A DNA stretch of 64,000 nt from Dehalococcoidia bacterium (GTDB lineage: Bacteria > Chloroflexota > Dehalococcoidia > DSTF01 > WHTK01), in assembly GCA_965225815.1 (NCBI GenBank), contig CBDDBP010000004.1, positions 85,074 to 149,073 of the forward strand, in the 5' to 3' direction. The notes under the pieces were generated by a model. It saw only the letters and a program-made list of their open reading frames with translations, was not told where the DNA came from and did no database searches. Position numbers and translations under genes: made by a program. Below are positions 17,954 through 28,783 of the stretch, piece after piece. The first letter of the stretch is position 1, and every line of letters starts with the position of its first letter.

Positions 17954-20452
17954 ATGCCCTTTGTTGAAGTCGCCGTCAATTCCGGATTGCCCCATCGTCA
18001 GAGCTTCAGCTATGCCGTTCCTGACGGTATGACGCTGCAGCCCGGCGATGCCGTATTCGTACCGTTTGGGCGCCGTTTCCTCCAGGGCGTCGTGATGCAG
18101 GTCGTCGAAGTACCCGCATTCCACGATCCGAAGCCCGTCGACGCGCCCATCTCGGACGTGCCGGTCATCTCCGCCGCCCACGTCGAGCTGGCGCGATGGC
18201 TCGCCGACTACTACTTGGCGCCGCTCTTCGCCGCTGTCGCGCTCATGTTGCCTCCCGGCTTCGAGCGCAAACCTCTCACGTTCTACGAGTCCGCTGTTTC
18301 CGTCGAAGAGCTCGACAACTACAAAATCCCGCCGCGCCAGCTTGCGGTCCTGACCCATCTCATCGCCGCCGGCCGCAGCGAGGCGCGAGAGATCGAACGC
18401 GCTTCGAAGCTGAAAGGCGTCGCCATCGCACTGTCCCAGCTAACCCAGCGAGGTCTTATCCAGCGCAGTTTTGGCATGGCCCGCCCGACAGTTCGGCCCA
18501 AGACTGCACGTTATGTCCAATTAATCGCACCAACCTCCGTGATCGAGATGGCGATCACAGACCTCACCGCCGCCCGAAAAGGACGTCTCGCAAAGGCTCT
18601 TCGTCTCCTGCTCGACGCCGGACCCTCCCTACCCGCCTCCGAGCTCCGGCTCCGTGCCGGCGCAACGCTCCCTGTCCTTCGGCCCCTTGCAGAGGATGGC
18701 CTCATCGAGGTCAAAGACGAGCCAGTCGAGCGCGACCCACTGGCCGGGCGCAATTACGCCCCTCGCGAAGCCTCACCTTTGACCCGAGAACAGCTCACCA
18801 CGCTGGCGCCAGTCGTTGCAGCCCTCGATACCGACCACTCTCAAAGCTTTCTGTTGCATGGCGTCACCGGCAGCGGCAAGACGGAAATTTATCTCACCGC
18901 ATTGCAGCGCGCCATAGACCTCGGCAAGCGCGCCATCGTCTTGGTGCCGGAGATTGCCCTGACGCCGCAGACGGTCAGGCGCTTTGCTGAGCGCTTCCCC
19001 GGCCAGGTGGCGGTGCTGCATAGCGGCCTCTCGCAGGGAGAGCTATTCGACCAATGGCACGGCATCCGGGAGGGACGTTACGCGGTCGTTATTGGTAGCC
19101 GCTCTGCCATATTCGCGCCGCAGCCAAACCTCGGCCTCATCGTCATCGACGAGGAGCACGAGTGGACCTACAAGCAGAACGAGCCTTCGCCGCGCTATCA
19201 CGCCCGCGAAGCCGCGGAAACGCTGGCGAAACTCACCGGCGCCGTTCTCCTCCTCGGTTCCGCCACTCCAGACGTCATCAGCTACCAGAAGGCGCTCTGG
19301 GGCATCCACCGACTCCTCGAGCTCAAGGAACGCGTCCGTCCCGTTCGCGATTCAGACGGCAACATTCTCAGCATTCACAGCTCCACCGTCCTGCCACCAG
19401 TCGATGTCGTCGACATGCGAGAAGAGCTGAAAGGTGGCAATCGTTCGATTTTCAGTCGCTCATTGCAGATCGGCCTGCATCAGGCGATTGAAAATGGCGA
19501 GCAGGCGATCCTCTTCCTCAATCGCCGCGGCAGCGCAGGCTTTCTGCAATGCCGCGACTGCGGATACGTGCCGCAGTGCAGCGCCTGCGCCATCGCGCTC
19601 GGCTATCACCGCCGCGGTGTGTCCGGCAACATCGAGCGCCTCGTCTGTCATCAGTGCAACCGTAGTCGTGGTCCGCTAGCGAGCTGTCCCATGTGCGGTG
19701 GTGCCCGGCTTCGACCCATGGGCCTCGGCGTCGAGGCTGTCGAAGAGGCCGTGCAGGATCTGCTGCCCGGCGTTCGGACCCTGCGTTGGGACCGCGACGT
19801 GACTCAGGGCCGGCACGCCCACGAGCAAATCCTCGCCAGCTTCATGGACGGTAAGGCGGACGTCCTTGTCGGCACACAAATGGTAGCCAAGGGCCTCGAC
19901 CTGCCAGCCGTGACCATCGTCGGCGTGATCAGCGCAGATATCGGCCTGCACATACCTGACTTTCGCTCCTCGGAACGAACCTTTCAGTTGCTAACTCAGG
20001 TCTCGGGGCGGGCCGGACGTTCGGGTCCCGCTGACGGCGACAGTTCGCTATCCGGGCGCGTCGTCGTGCAGACCTACACGCCGGACAACTACGCCATCGT
20101 CGCCGCGGCTCAGCACGACTACCACGCCTTCTTCGAAGCCGAGGTTGAGCTACGTCGCGCCCAGGCTTATCCGCCGTTCACACGTCTAGCCCGCCTCGTC
20201 TACTCCCACACCAACGCCGACTACGGCATGCAGCAGGCGGAGCGCATGGTCAGCGCCCTGCGCGCCGACATCTCTCAGCGCGGCCTGCCCGGAGTGGAAA
20301 TCATTGGCTCAGCGCCGCCTTATATACCAAAGTGGCACGGCCGCTTCCGCTGGCAGATAACGGTGCGTTCCCCCGACCCCGTCGAGCTGCTGCGCGACGT
20401 CACGCTCGCCGAAGGCTGGATCCTGGACATCGACCCCGCCAGCATCGCCTGA
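17954..20452 (+). CDS. priA: Primosomal protein N' (replication restart helicase PriA)
   Basis: 832 aa with the GVTGSGKTE Walker A motif, DEEHE, and a Cys-rich zinc-binding insert (CRDCGYVPQCSACAIALGYH...CHQCN...CPMCGG). Confidence 0.9.
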   Translation: MPFVEVAVNSGLPHRQSFSYAVPDGMTLQPGDAVFVPFGRRFLQGVVMQVVEVPAFHDPKPVDAPISDVPVISAAHVELARWLADYYLAPLFAAVALMLPPGFERKPLTFYESAVSVEELDNYKIPPRQLAVLTHLIAAGRSEAREIERASKLKGVAIALSQLTQRGLIQRSFGMARPTVRPKTARYVQLIAPTSVIEMAITDLTAARKGRLAKALRLLLDAGPSLPASELRLRAGATLPVLRPLAEDGLIEVKDEPVERDPLAGRNYAPREASPLTREQLTTLAPVVAALDTDHSQSFLLHGVTGSGKTEIYLTALQRAIDLGKRAIVLVPEIALTPQTVRRFAERFPGQVAVLHSGLSQGELFDQWHGIREGRYAVVIGSRSAIFAPQPNLGLIVIDEEHEWTYKQNEPSPRYHAREAAETLAKLTGAVLLLGSATPDVISYQKALWGIHRLLELKERVRPVRDSDGNILSIHSSTVLPPVDVVDMREELKGGNRSIFSRSLQIGLHQAIENGEQAILFLNRRGSAGFLQCRDCGYVPQCSACAIALGYHRRGVSGNIERLVCHQCNRSRGPLASCPMCGGARLRPMGLGVEAVEEAVQDLLPGVRTLRWDRDVTQGRHAHEQILASFMDGKADVLVGTQMVAKGLDLPAVTIVGVISADIGLHIPDFRSSERTFQLLTQVSGRAGRSGPADGDSSLSGRVVVQTYTPDNYAIVAAAQHDYHAFFEAEVELRRAQAYPPFTRLARLVYSHTNADYGMQQAERMVSALRADISQRGLPGVEIIGSAPPYIPKWHGRFRWQITVRSPDPVELLRDVTLAEGWILDIDPASIA

Positions 20453-20466
20453 TCCTCTGACGTGCC

Positions 20467-21327
20467 CTACTTGCCCGCTAGCTTCGCCACCACAGGCGCG
20501 AACGCGTCCATCACAGGACCGATGACGCAGATATACGAGATGTCGTTCTCCTCACGCAGCTTCAACAACTGCTCGACGATCTCATCGCGGCTCCCCATCA
20601 GGCTCAACCCGGGACGCTGAGCGCCCGGCGTATTCGGCTGGCCATCCACTTTCACGTTGAAGAAGAGCTGCGTGAATTCGATCTGGTCGTAGCGCGCACC
20701 CGCCGCCTCGCGTACCACCGCCATCTTCGCGCTCAGGCCGCCCTCCGGCTCGTCGCCGCCCATCATCACGCCGACAATGTCCGCCTCACGCGCCGCCAGC
20801 CGCAGCATGCGGTTCCCCCGCGCGCCCATCATGATCGGCATCGGCTTCTGCACCGTCTTGGGATACGCCTCAAGGTCCTTTATCTGATAGTGCTTCCCGT
20901 CGAAGCTGATCCGCTCGTCCTCGCCGTAGTACAGCTTCAGGATGCTCACCAGCTCCGTAATTCGCTCCACCTTGACGCCCGGCGCGTCGTCCGGCATCCC
21001 GGCTTCCGTGAGGTCATCCGGTCGCGAGCCGGTGCCAATGCCCAACTCGAAGCGTCCGTCTGTCATCACGTCGACCGTCGCGGCTTCCTTGGCCAGCATG
21101 ATCGGATGGCGGAAGTCGTTGCAAATCATCGTCGTCGTCAGTCGAATGCTTGACGTTGCTCGCGCGGCCGCTACAAGCGCCGGGAGCGGAGAAAATTGGC
21201 GCGTGAAGTGGTCCGGAATGTCGAACGACCAGTAGCCGAAGTCCTCCGCCTTACTTGCGAAGTCGCACCATTGCGACGCCGTATCACCCCGCCCGCTGAC
21301 CCCAAATCGAAACTTGCGCTCGCTCAT
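20467..21327 (-). CDS. LLM-class (luciferase-like) flavin/F420-dependent oxidoreductase
   Basis: The protein from MSERKFRFGVSGRGD... has the luciferase-like monooxygenase fold. The track ORF 20467..21807 is over-extended and overlaps the convergent/divergent neighbour. The start was placed at the ATG at 21325-21327. Confidence 0.7.
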   Translation of the reverse strand: MSERKFRFGVSGRGDTASQWCDFASKAEDFGYWSFDIPDHFTRQFSPLPALVAAARATSSIRLTTTMICNDFRHPIMLAKEAATVDVMTDGRFELGIGTGSRPDDLTEAGMPDDAPGVKVERITELVSILKLYYGEDERISFDGKHYQIKDLEAYPKTVQKPMPIMMGARGNRMLRLAAREADIVGVMMGGDEPEGGLSAKMAVVREAAGARYDQIEFTQLFFNVKVDGQPNTPGAQRPGLSLMGSRDEIVEQLLKLREENDISYICVIGPVMDAFAPVVAKLAGK

Positions 21328-21426
21328 GCTGACCTCCGTAATCTCGCCGTCTAACCTTGCTTTCGACGCATCATAGCCGCCCGCAGAGGCGTTGACGCCT
21401 TCCTCATCCGCTTCTACGCTCCGACC

Positions 21427-23241
21427 ATGACGAACACCGGCGTCGATGTCCTCAGCGACCTCATGATCCTGATGCGAGATGGCGTCGGCCTTGCTACAGA
21501 CGTCTACCTCCCGGCGTCCCGTCATGGACCCGTGCCGGCGCTGCTCACACGCACGCCGTATAGCAAAACCCAGGAGCCGCCGGCTGGCCGGACTGGCATT
21601 GTCGAGCTCGGCCACTACTTCGCGAGCCATGGATACGCCGTCGTCGTCCAGGACGTGCGCGGACGCTGGATGTCGGAAGGGACCTGGGACTTTCTCGGCG
21701 GTGACGCCCCGGACGGCGTCGACATCTGCGCCTGGATCGGCTTGCAGCCCTGGTCCGACGGCCAGGTCGGCATGTTCGGTACGTCCTACCCGGGCGGCAC
21801 CCAGCACGCCGTCGCGCTGGAGGGTGCCCCTGAGCTCAAGACCGTAATCCCCGTCGACGCCGTCTCCAACCTCGGCTACCAGGGCATGCGCAACGCCGGC
21901 GCTTTCGAGCTGCGCTTCTGGAACTGGGTCTATACCGCCGGGAACGACCCCTCATGGAATGGCCGCAACGCTCCCCACACCTCCCACGAGGCGCTGGCGC
22001 AGATGTCGCGCGACCGCCGCCACTACCTCCTAAACCTCCCGCTGCGGCCTGGCACCACACCCCTCAAGTACGCCCCCGAGTACGAACGCTGGCTCGTCGA
22101 GGCGATGGAGCACGGCGACAACGACGAGTTCTGGGCTCATAACAACATTCTCGATAATCCAGGACGCTACAAAGACATCCCTGTCTACCTCGTCGGCGGC
22201 TGGTACGACTCATGGGACGGAAACACCAGCGCCAACTACAAGGCGTTGAGTCAGGCGATTACCGGCCCCGTCTACTTGATCATGGGACCCTGGATCCACG
22301 GCCAGCAGGCCCAGCACGCCCACGGCCAGGTCGAGTTTGGCGCCGAGGCCGCGATCGAGGATCAGCTCGGCTGGCGCCGCGAATGGTTCGACCGCTGGCT
22401 CATGGGCAAAGACACGTCCGTCGGCAAATCCGCCCCATTTGCGACACCGGTGCGTCTCTTCGTCATGGGCACTGGTAATGGCAGCCGCACGGCCGACGGT
22501 CTGCTCAACCACGGCGGCCACTGGCGCGACGAGCAGGAATGGCCCCTGGCTCGCACCCAGTACACGGATTACTACCTGCACGCTGACGGCTCGCTCTCGA
22601 TACAAGCGCCAAATGACGACGCCTCATCAACCAGCTACGACTTCGATCCGCGCGATCCGGTACCGACTGTCGGCGGCAACGTCTCATCCGCCGACGGCAT
22701 CCTGCTGCAGGGCGCCTACGACCAGCGCGGCGGCGAGCACATCTGGAACTGGACGACGCCCTTACCGCTGTCCGCCCGCCGCGACGTCATCGTTTTCCAG
22801 ACGGAGCCACTGGAAGCCGACCTCGAAGTCACAGGCGAGATCGAGGTCAAGCTATGGGCCTCATCGTCGGCCATCGATACGGACTTCACCGCCAAGCTGA
22901 TCGACGTCTATCCGGCCTCCGCCGACTTCCCGGGCGGATTCGACCTGCTACTGGAGGACGGTATCATCCGTGCCCGTTATCGCGAGTCGCTGCAGTACGA
23001 GAAGCTCCTGGAACCCGGCACGCCGTACGAGTTCACAATCAAGCTCTATCCCACCTCAAACGTCTTCAAGAAGGGGCACCGCATCCGGCTCGACATCTCG
23101 TCTAGCAACTTCCCCCGCTTCGACGTCAACCCAAACAGCGGCGAGCCGCTCAATCGCCACCGCCGCACCGTCATCGCCACCAACACCGTGTTCCACGACG
23201 CTGCTCACGGTTCGCGCGTGGTGCTGCCGGTTATTCCGTAG
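21427..23241 (+). CDS. CocE/NonD family hydrolase (X-Pro dipeptidyl-peptidase S15-like alpha/beta hydrolase)
   Basis: 604 aa. The N-terminus (LMRDGVGLATDVYLPAS...PALLTRTPYSK...) and a C-terminal beta-sandwich are typical of the CocE/NonD family. Confidence 0.8.
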   Translation: MTNTGVDVLSDLMILMRDGVGLATDVYLPASRHGPVPALLTRTPYSKTQEPPAGRTGIVELGHYFASHGYAVVVQDVRGRWMSEGTWDFLGGDAPDGVDICAWIGLQPWSDGQVGMFGTSYPGGTQHAVALEGAPELKTVIPVDAVSNLGYQGMRNAGAFELRFWNWVYTAGNDPSWNGRNAPHTSHEALAQMSRDRRHYLLNLPLRPGTTPLKYAPEYERWLVEAMEHGDNDEFWAHNNILDNPGRYKDIPVYLVGGWYDSWDGNTSANYKALSQAITGPVYLIMGPWIHGQQAQHAHGQVEFGAEAAIEDQLGWRREWFDRWLMGKDTSVGKSAPFATPVRLFVMGTGNGSRTADGLLNHGGHWRDEQEWPLARTQYTDYYLHADGSLSIQAPNDDASSTSYDFDPRDPVPTVGGNVSSADGILLQGAYDQRGGEHIWNWTTPLPLSARRDVIVFQTEPLEADLEVTGEIEVKLWASSSAIDTDFTAKLIDVYPASADFPGGFDLLLEDGIIRARYRESLQYEKLLEPGTPYEFTIKLYPTSNVFKKGHRIRLDISSSNFPRFDVNPNSGEPLNRHRRTVIATNTVFHDAAHGSRVVLPVIP

Positions 23242-23677
23242 CGAGCTGGGCTGGAGGGCGAACGGTTCGAATCCAGCTCCCAGCGCAAACGACAGCGATA
23301 AGGATGCCCAAGCCACTCAACCCTAGGATTCTGAGCACGTCGTCCCAGGCTTCCGCATGGGATGTCAGCAATATCCAGGCCGAGACGACGGAATGCGCTG
23401 CCGCGACCACCATCAGGGATGCCTGTTGAGCCATCCTGAGCAGGCGTACTGACGAGGCCACTCGAAGAACGCCCAGGGCAGCAACATAATCGGCCACGGC
23501 GAGGAACAGAATGGCGGAGATCGGTCCGAGACGTGGCCACCAGGGCTCCGGCTCCGGCTGTCTATCAAACCAGATTGGACCCGCCGGCCACGTGGCAAAA
23601 ATCCACAAAAGCCACATCAGCAACGCTATCTCAAGGACCAGAGCCAGAACCACGACATGCCGAAGAGAAAACATCAC
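23231..23677 (-). CDS. Hypothetical small membrane protein (4 predicted TM helices)
   Basis: 148 aa, hydrophobic, no recognisable family. Confidence 0.4.
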   Translation of the reverse strand: MMFSLRHVVVLALVLEIALLMWLLWIFATWPAGPIWFDRQPEPEPWWPRLGPISAILFLAVADYVAALGVLRVASSVRLLRMAQQASLMVVAAAHSVVSAWILLTSHAEAWDDVLRILGLSGLGILIAVVCAGSWIRTVRPPAQLATE

Positions 23678-23799
23678 TATCGACTATATGCCCTCTTTCG
23701 AGACCCGTGCCCTTAGCAACACCCTGCGATAGAATGGCGCTGCTTCCGCCGAGCGGCCCGAAGCATCAATTCGAAACTAAAGGAAGCCTGTCTCCACCC

Positions 23800-24324
23800 A
23801 TGGCCGTACTGCGCATCGCCAAGATCCCGGAGCCCGTCTTGCGAGTTAAAACCAAGAAGGTTCGCAAGATTGACGCCGCGATCCACAAGCTGATCGACGA
23901 CATGATCGAGACCATGCACGACGCACCGGGAGTCGGGCTCGCTGCGCCCCAGGTTGGCGTCTCCCTGCGCATCTGTGTCATCCACATCCCCGGCGATGAA
24001 ATCGTCACACTCGTAAACCCGGAGATCGTGCGCCGCACCGGTGAACGCGTTTGCGAAGGCGAAGGCTGCCTCTCCTTACCAGGCTATAAGGGTGCTGTGC
24101 CCCGCGCCGAAAAGGTCGTCGTCAAAGGCCTCGACCGGGACGGCAAGCCAGTGCGCTATCACGCCGAAGAGCTCTTTTCCGAAGCGATAGAGCACGAGCT
24201 CGACCACCTCGACGGCAAACTCTACTTCGACTACATCGGAAGCATCGACGACCTGACGCCCTACACTGGGCATGAAGAAGAAACCGAAGAGGAGGAGGAA
24301 GCGGCGGAAAGTCCCTCCCAGTAG
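23800..24324 (+). CDS. def: Peptide deformylase
   Basis: MAVLRIAKIPEPVLRVKTKKV...GVGLAAPQVG...EGCLS...HELDHLDG, the three PDF motifs. An RBS (AAGGAAG) lies 13 nt upstream. The track ORF is over-extended at its 5' end. Confidence 0.85.
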   Translation: MAVLRIAKIPEPVLRVKTKKVRKIDAAIHKLIDDMIETMHDAPGVGLAAPQVGVSLRICVIHIPGDEIVTLVNPEIVRRTGERVCEGEGCLSLPGYKGAVPRAEKVVVKGLDRDGKPVRYHAEELFSEAIEHELDHLDGKLYFDYIGSIDDLTPYTGHEEETEEEEEAAESPSQ

Positions 24325-24338
24325 GGTGCATCAAAGCA

Positions 24339-25838
24339 ATGACTGCCGCCTCCCCCGCTACCGTGTCTGAACCCAACCAAGCCCTAACCCCGGATCTCCG
24401 CAGTCTGCTGGCTACGGTTCGCGCCGCAGTGCCAGATGCGTACGCCGTCGGCGGTATGCCCCGTGACCTTCTGCTCGGCCGCAACCCTGCAGACCTCGAC
24501 ATCGTCACGGGCAAAGACCCAGGAGTCGCCGGCGAACGTCTCGCACAAGCCCTCGGAGCCAGCATCTTCGCCCTCGACGCCGAGCGTGGACATTACCGCC
24601 TCGGCCTCCCTGATTCCGCTCCTCTACAGGAAATCGATATCTCTCATGAACAGGACCTCGAGGCAGACCTCGCTCGTCGTGATTTCACCATCAACGCAAT
24701 GGCGGCTCCCCTTCGCGAGGACGGCTCGCTGGGCGAGCTGATAGATCCATTTAGGGGCCTCGCCGACCTGGAATCGCACGCGCTCCGGATGCTTAGCCGC
24801 CAGGCGTTCCAGGACGACCCGCTGCGCCTCCTGCGAGCGATCCGTCTTACGGTCGAACTGGATCTAGAAATCGAAGACGATACAGAGGAAGCGATTCGAG
24901 AGCTCGCCTTTCTCCTGCCTCAGACCGCCGGCGAACGTCAGCGCGAGGAGTTGGTCCGCATTCTCACCGCACCTCGTTCTGCCTACGGCGTGCGCCTGCT
25001 AGACGGCGTCAGCCTTCTCGATGAGTTACTGCCCGAAATCGGCGCCGGCCGAGGCGTTGGTCAACCCTCCGAACACCACTACTGGGACGTCTTCGACCAC
25101 TCGGTCGAAGCGCTGGCTGCCCTTGACCTCATGCTTTCGCCCCCAACCGACCCGGAACGCTGGCTTGCCCCGATATTCCGAGACGTCCTCACAGGGTTCG
25201 ACTTGGACGCTTATCTCGAAGGCAAGGTTGGAGGCCACAGTCGTCGCGTCCTCCTCAAGCTGGCCGGCCTGCTTCACGATGTCTCGAAACCTGAGACCAA
25301 GTCAGAGCAACCGGACGGGAAGGTTCGTTTCCTCGGCCACCCCGAACAAGGTGCCGCAAAGGCTGAGACCATCTGTGGCCGCCTCCGTTTCGGCGCCAAG
25401 GAGACTCGATTCGTTTCGCTCCTCGTAGAGGAGCACCTGCGTCCCGCTCAGCTCTCGCAAGGAGACGCGCTGCCATCAAAGCGCGCCTTGTACCGATTCT
25501 TCCGTGACCTCAGCGACGCGGCGCCTGCTTGCCTCTTCCTCAGCCTTGCTGATGTAGCCGCTGCACAGGGTCCGCGCCTGGAGAAAGATCGCTGGGCCGG
25601 TCACGTCGCGTATGTGCGGTGGATCTTGGTCAGCGGACTGGAGCCAGACACCGCTGAACCGCAAAAGCACCGGCTGGTCGACGGCGACGCGCTTATGACC
25701 GCCCTCGGCCTGGAACCTGGCCCCGAGGTCGGACGTCTCCTCGCTGCCATCGAGGAGGCTCATGCTGTAGGTGAGCTTTCGACCGCTGATGAGGCGTTTG
25801 CACTCGCTCGCCTTCTCATTGGGGAGGACACGCCGTGA
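24339..25838 (+). CDS. cca: CCA-adding tRNA nucleotidyltransferase / poly(A) polymerase family protein with a C-terminal HD domain
   Basis: 499 aa. The N-terminal PolyA_pol head domain (GGMPRDLLLGRNPADLDIVT) precedes an HD phosphohydrolase motif (LLHDVSK). Confidence 0.8.
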   Translation: MTAASPATVSEPNQALTPDLRSLLATVRAAVPDAYAVGGMPRDLLLGRNPADLDIVTGKDPGVAGERLAQALGASIFALDAERGHYRLGLPDSAPLQEIDISHEQDLEADLARRDFTINAMAAPLREDGSLGELIDPFRGLADLESHALRMLSRQAFQDDPLRLLRAIRLTVELDLEIEDDTEEAIRELAFLLPQTAGERQREELVRILTAPRSAYGVRLLDGVSLLDELLPEIGAGRGVGQPSEHHYWDVFDHSVEALAALDLMLSPPTDPERWLAPIFRDVLTGFDLDAYLEGKVGGHSRRVLLKLAGLLHDVSKPETKSEQPDGKVRFLGHPEQGAAKAETICGRLRFGAKETRFVSLLVEEHLRPAQLSQGDALPSKRALYRFFRDLSDAAPACLFLSLADVAAAQGPRLEKDRWAGHVAYVRWILVSGLEPDTAEPQKHRLVDGDALMTALGLEPGPEVGRLLAAIEEAHAVGELSTADEAFALARLLIGEDTP

Positions 25839-26161
25839 ACGATGCAGAAATACTGGCGGCCGTCATCCTCGGCGTCGTAGTCGCTTTCTACTTCATGTTT
25901 ATGCGACCGATTCAAAAAGATCAGGAACGCCACAAGAAACAGATGCGCGACCTGCGTCCAGGCGATATTGTGGTGACAACCTCCAATTTTGTGGCGACGG
26001 TCAAGGACATTCAGGTCGCAGAAAAGGGAGGTACGCGGGTCGCGCTGGAGCTCGCTGATGGCGTCGTCATCACGGCTCTACCCATCGCGATCATGCGCCT
26101 CCTAGACGAATCCGAGGCTCCCAACGTGGGCGGCCCAGGACAGAAAGGCGCCTCTGGATGA
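25835..26161 (+). CDS. yajC: Preprotein translocase subunit YajC
   Basis: 108 aa with one TM helix and RDLRPGDIVVTTSNFVATV. It lies immediately upstream of secD. Confidence 0.85.
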   Translation: MNDAEILAAVILGVVVAFYFMFMRPIQKDQERHKKQMRDLRPGDIVVTTSNFVATVKDIQVAEKGGTRVALELADGVVITALPIAIMRLLDESEAPNVGGPGQKGASG

Positions 26162-27711
26162 GAAACCGCACCACGCGGCTGATGCTGCTCTTCATCGTGG
26201 CGCTCACGACGTTCGCCGTCTTTGTCACCTTTCCGTCCAACCCCAACCGTTACTTGCCCGACTTCATTCCATGGCCGGAAGAGGAATGCGTCGGAAGCAT
26301 CTGCATCGGCAAGGGCATCGACATTTTCGGCGTCGAACGGCGGGAGATGCGTCTCGGCCTCGACCTGCGTGGGGGAACTCGCCTCGTCCTGCAAGCTGAC
26401 CTGTCGGCGGACCCCGACATCGACCTCGACGAAGCACTTGACTCCGCAGTCGAGGTCATCGAGCGCCGCGTCAACGCCTTCGGTGTCGCCGAGTCCATAA
26501 CCGAACGCGTCGGAAGTAATCGCATCCAGGTCCAACTTCCCGGAATCTCGGCGGACGAAGCCCTGGATCAGATCGGACGCACCGCTCAGCTGCAGTTCAT
26601 GGAGCTGGCCCGCGACGCGAACGGAGACGTGATCTTCGAGAACTCAGATGGCACTACGATCACGCAGCCACTAGATACGGTGCTGGCCAATCCAACGCTG
26701 GTTCAGTCGGCCCTCTTCGTGCCGGTCACGGTCATAGATACCGACGGTGTCCAACGCATCCTTGATGGCCGGTTCCTCGACCGCGATGACATCCGCGCCG
26801 AGCGCAGCTCGATAACCAACCTGCCACAGCTTGTCTTCGGCATGAACAGTGAGGGCGGCGAACTGTTGGCGTTGGCCACTTCACGGCTCTCGAATCCACC
26901 TCAACCCATGGCTTTCTTCCTGGACGGTCAGCCCATTCGCGGCACGCAAGGCAGCATCATCGCACCGTTTGTGCAGCAACAGCTCTCCGACAACGGCGTC
27001 ATCAGCGGCCTCAGCTTCGAGGACTCGCGAACCTTGGCTACTTTGCTGCGCACTGGAGCATTCCCCGTACCGCTGACCGTGGTGCAGCAGGAGGAAGTAG
27101 ATGCGACGCTGGGTGATACAGCCGTCGTTGATTCTGTCCAGGCCGGCGTCATCGCCGTCATCGCCGTCATGGCCTTTATGGTGGCTTACTACCGGCTCCC
27201 CGGCCTGCTTGCCGCCGCCTCCCTTTTCGTCTACGTCTCGTTGACGCTCGCCGTCTTCAAGCTCTGGCCGGTCACCATTACGTCCGCCGGTATGGCCGCC
27301 TTCGTCCTCTCCGTCGGCATGGCAGTCGACGCCAACATCCTCATCTTCGAGCGCATGAAGGAGGAGCTGCGGCTCGGTCGCAATCTTCTCGGTGCCGTCG
27401 ATGCCGGCTTCTCCCGCGCCTGGACCTCAATTCGAGACAGCAACGTCGCCACTTTAATTATTTGCATGATTCTTTACTGGTTCGGAGACCAATTCGGCGC
27501 CAGCCTGGTAAAAGGATTTGCCCTGACCCTGGCTCTCGGCGTCCTGGTCAGCATGTTCACGGCCATAACCGTGACACGCACATTCCTTCACGCCCTGGTC
27601 GGATCTCCGGTTATGCGCCACCTTTGGCTCCTCGGCGCAGACGTTGAAGAGGCTCGAACCGCCAGCAACCGCCCCGCTACGGGTGAGGCGACCGGAGGGT
27701 CGGGATCATGA
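26158..27711 (+). CDS. secD: Protein translocase subunit SecD
   Basis: 517 aa with a large periplasmic domain and C-terminal RND-like TM helices. It overlaps secF by 4 nt. Confidence 0.9.
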   Translation: MRNRTTRLMLLFIVALTTFAVFVTFPSNPNRYLPDFIPWPEEECVGSICIGKGIDIFGVERREMRLGLDLRGGTRLVLQADLSADPDIDLDEALDSAVEVIERRVNAFGVAESITERVGSNRIQVQLPGISADEALDQIGRTAQLQFMELARDANGDVIFENSDGTTITQPLDTVLANPTLVQSALFVPVTVIDTDGVQRILDGRFLDRDDIRAERSSITNLPQLVFGMNSEGGELLALATSRLSNPPQPMAFFLDGQPIRGTQGSIIAPFVQQQLSDNGVISGLSFEDSRTLATLLRTGAFPVPLTVVQQEEVDATLGDTAVVDSVQAGVIAVIAVMAFMVAYYRLPGLLAAASLFVYVSLTLAVFKLWPVTITSAGMAAFVLSVGMAVDANILIFERMKEELRLGRNLLGAVDAGFSRAWTSIRDSNVATLIICMILYWFGDQFGASLVKGFALTLALGVLVSMFTAITVTRTFLHALVGSPVMRHLWLLGADVEEARTASNRPATGEATGGSGS

Positions 27712-28712
27712 TCGACTTCGTGGGCAAACGGCCCCTGTTCTACCTGATTTCGCTGTTGTTCATCTTGCCGAGCGTCATTTCTCTGGCGCTCCCTGATGGT
27801 TTGCGACGCGGTATTGAATTCAGCAGCGGCACTAACTTCGCGGTCTCATTCCAGGAGTCTGTTAGCCAGGTCGAGCTTCGTGAAGCCCTCGCTGAACTCG
27901 GACATGCCGAGGCCAGAATTCAGCAGACCACTGAGGGTCGCCTCTTGATCCGCACTGACCTGATCGCAGGTTCGGGTGAAGCGCCCGCCTTCGGTCCCGC
28001 CGCACCATCTGAGCGCGAGGACCTGGAAGCCGCGCTTGAGCAGCGCTTCGGACCAATCGTGGCCTCCGACGGAACCCCCACCGGGCGCTTCCTCGAGTTC
28101 TCTTCCGTGTCACCCTCCGTGTCCTCGGACATCACACGAAACGCCGCGTTCGCTGTCGCTGCGGCCGCCGTGGCCATCCTTATCTACGTCACCATTTCGT
28201 TCATCTCGGTTCCCAACCCGATTCGCTACGGTGCGGCGGCAATTCTGGCCTTGGTTCACGATGTCATCATCGTTCTGGGTGTAATGTCGATCCTCGGCCG
28301 TATATTCAACTTCGAAGTCGACACGCTCTTTATCACAGCGATGCTCACTATCGTCGGATTCAGCGTCCACGACACGATAGTCGTCTTCGATCGCATCAGA
28401 GAGAATATCCGCCGCGCCGAAAACGCGGGCTACGATCCACCGATGTCCGACGCCGTAAACGCTAGCTTGAATCAAACCCTGGCCCGGTCGTTGAACACGT
28501 CTTTGACCGCGATCCTGGTACTGATCGCGCTGATCTTGCTAGGCGGAGACACGATTCGCGACTTCGTGACGGTGATGGCAATCGGCATCGTCGTCGGTAC
28601 CTATAGCTCGATCTTTGTTGCCGCGCAGTTGCTGGTCTCATGGGATGAGGGCGACTTCAGCCTGGAGCGCATTCGTGGCACGACTGAAAGCACGGTTAGC
28701 GTCAGCGACTAA
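27708..28712 (+). CDS. secF: Protein translocase subunit SecF
   Basis: 334 aa SecF family protein. It forms the secDF pair. Confidence 0.9.
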   Translation: MIDFVGKRPLFYLISLLFILPSVISLALPDGLRRGIEFSSGTNFAVSFQESVSQVELREALAELGHAEARIQQTTEGRLLIRTDLIAGSGEAPAFGPAAPSEREDLEAALEQRFGPIVASDGTPTGRFLEFSSVSPSVSSDITRNAAFAVAAAAVAILIYVTISFISVPNPIRYGAAAILALVHDVIIVLGVMSILGRIFNFEVDTLFITAMLTIVGFSVHDTIVVFDRIRENIRRAENAGYDPPMSDAVNASLNQTLARSLNTSLTAILVLIALILLGGDTIRDFVTVMAIGIVVGTYSSIFVAAQLLVSWDEGDFSLERIRGTTESTVSVSD

Positions 28713-28783
28713 CCGTGCGTGCTCACCCGAAGGCCGAAGTCTCATCTTTCTTAATCCCAAGGTTCGCGGCTTATAGTTAAGCC

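Noticed and set aside
20467-21807. The full 446-aa extent of the luciferase-like oxidoreductase ORF
   Set aside because: The N-terminal 160 residues are low-complexity and overlap the neighbouring CocE/NonD gene. The start was trimmed to the MSERKFRFGV methionine.
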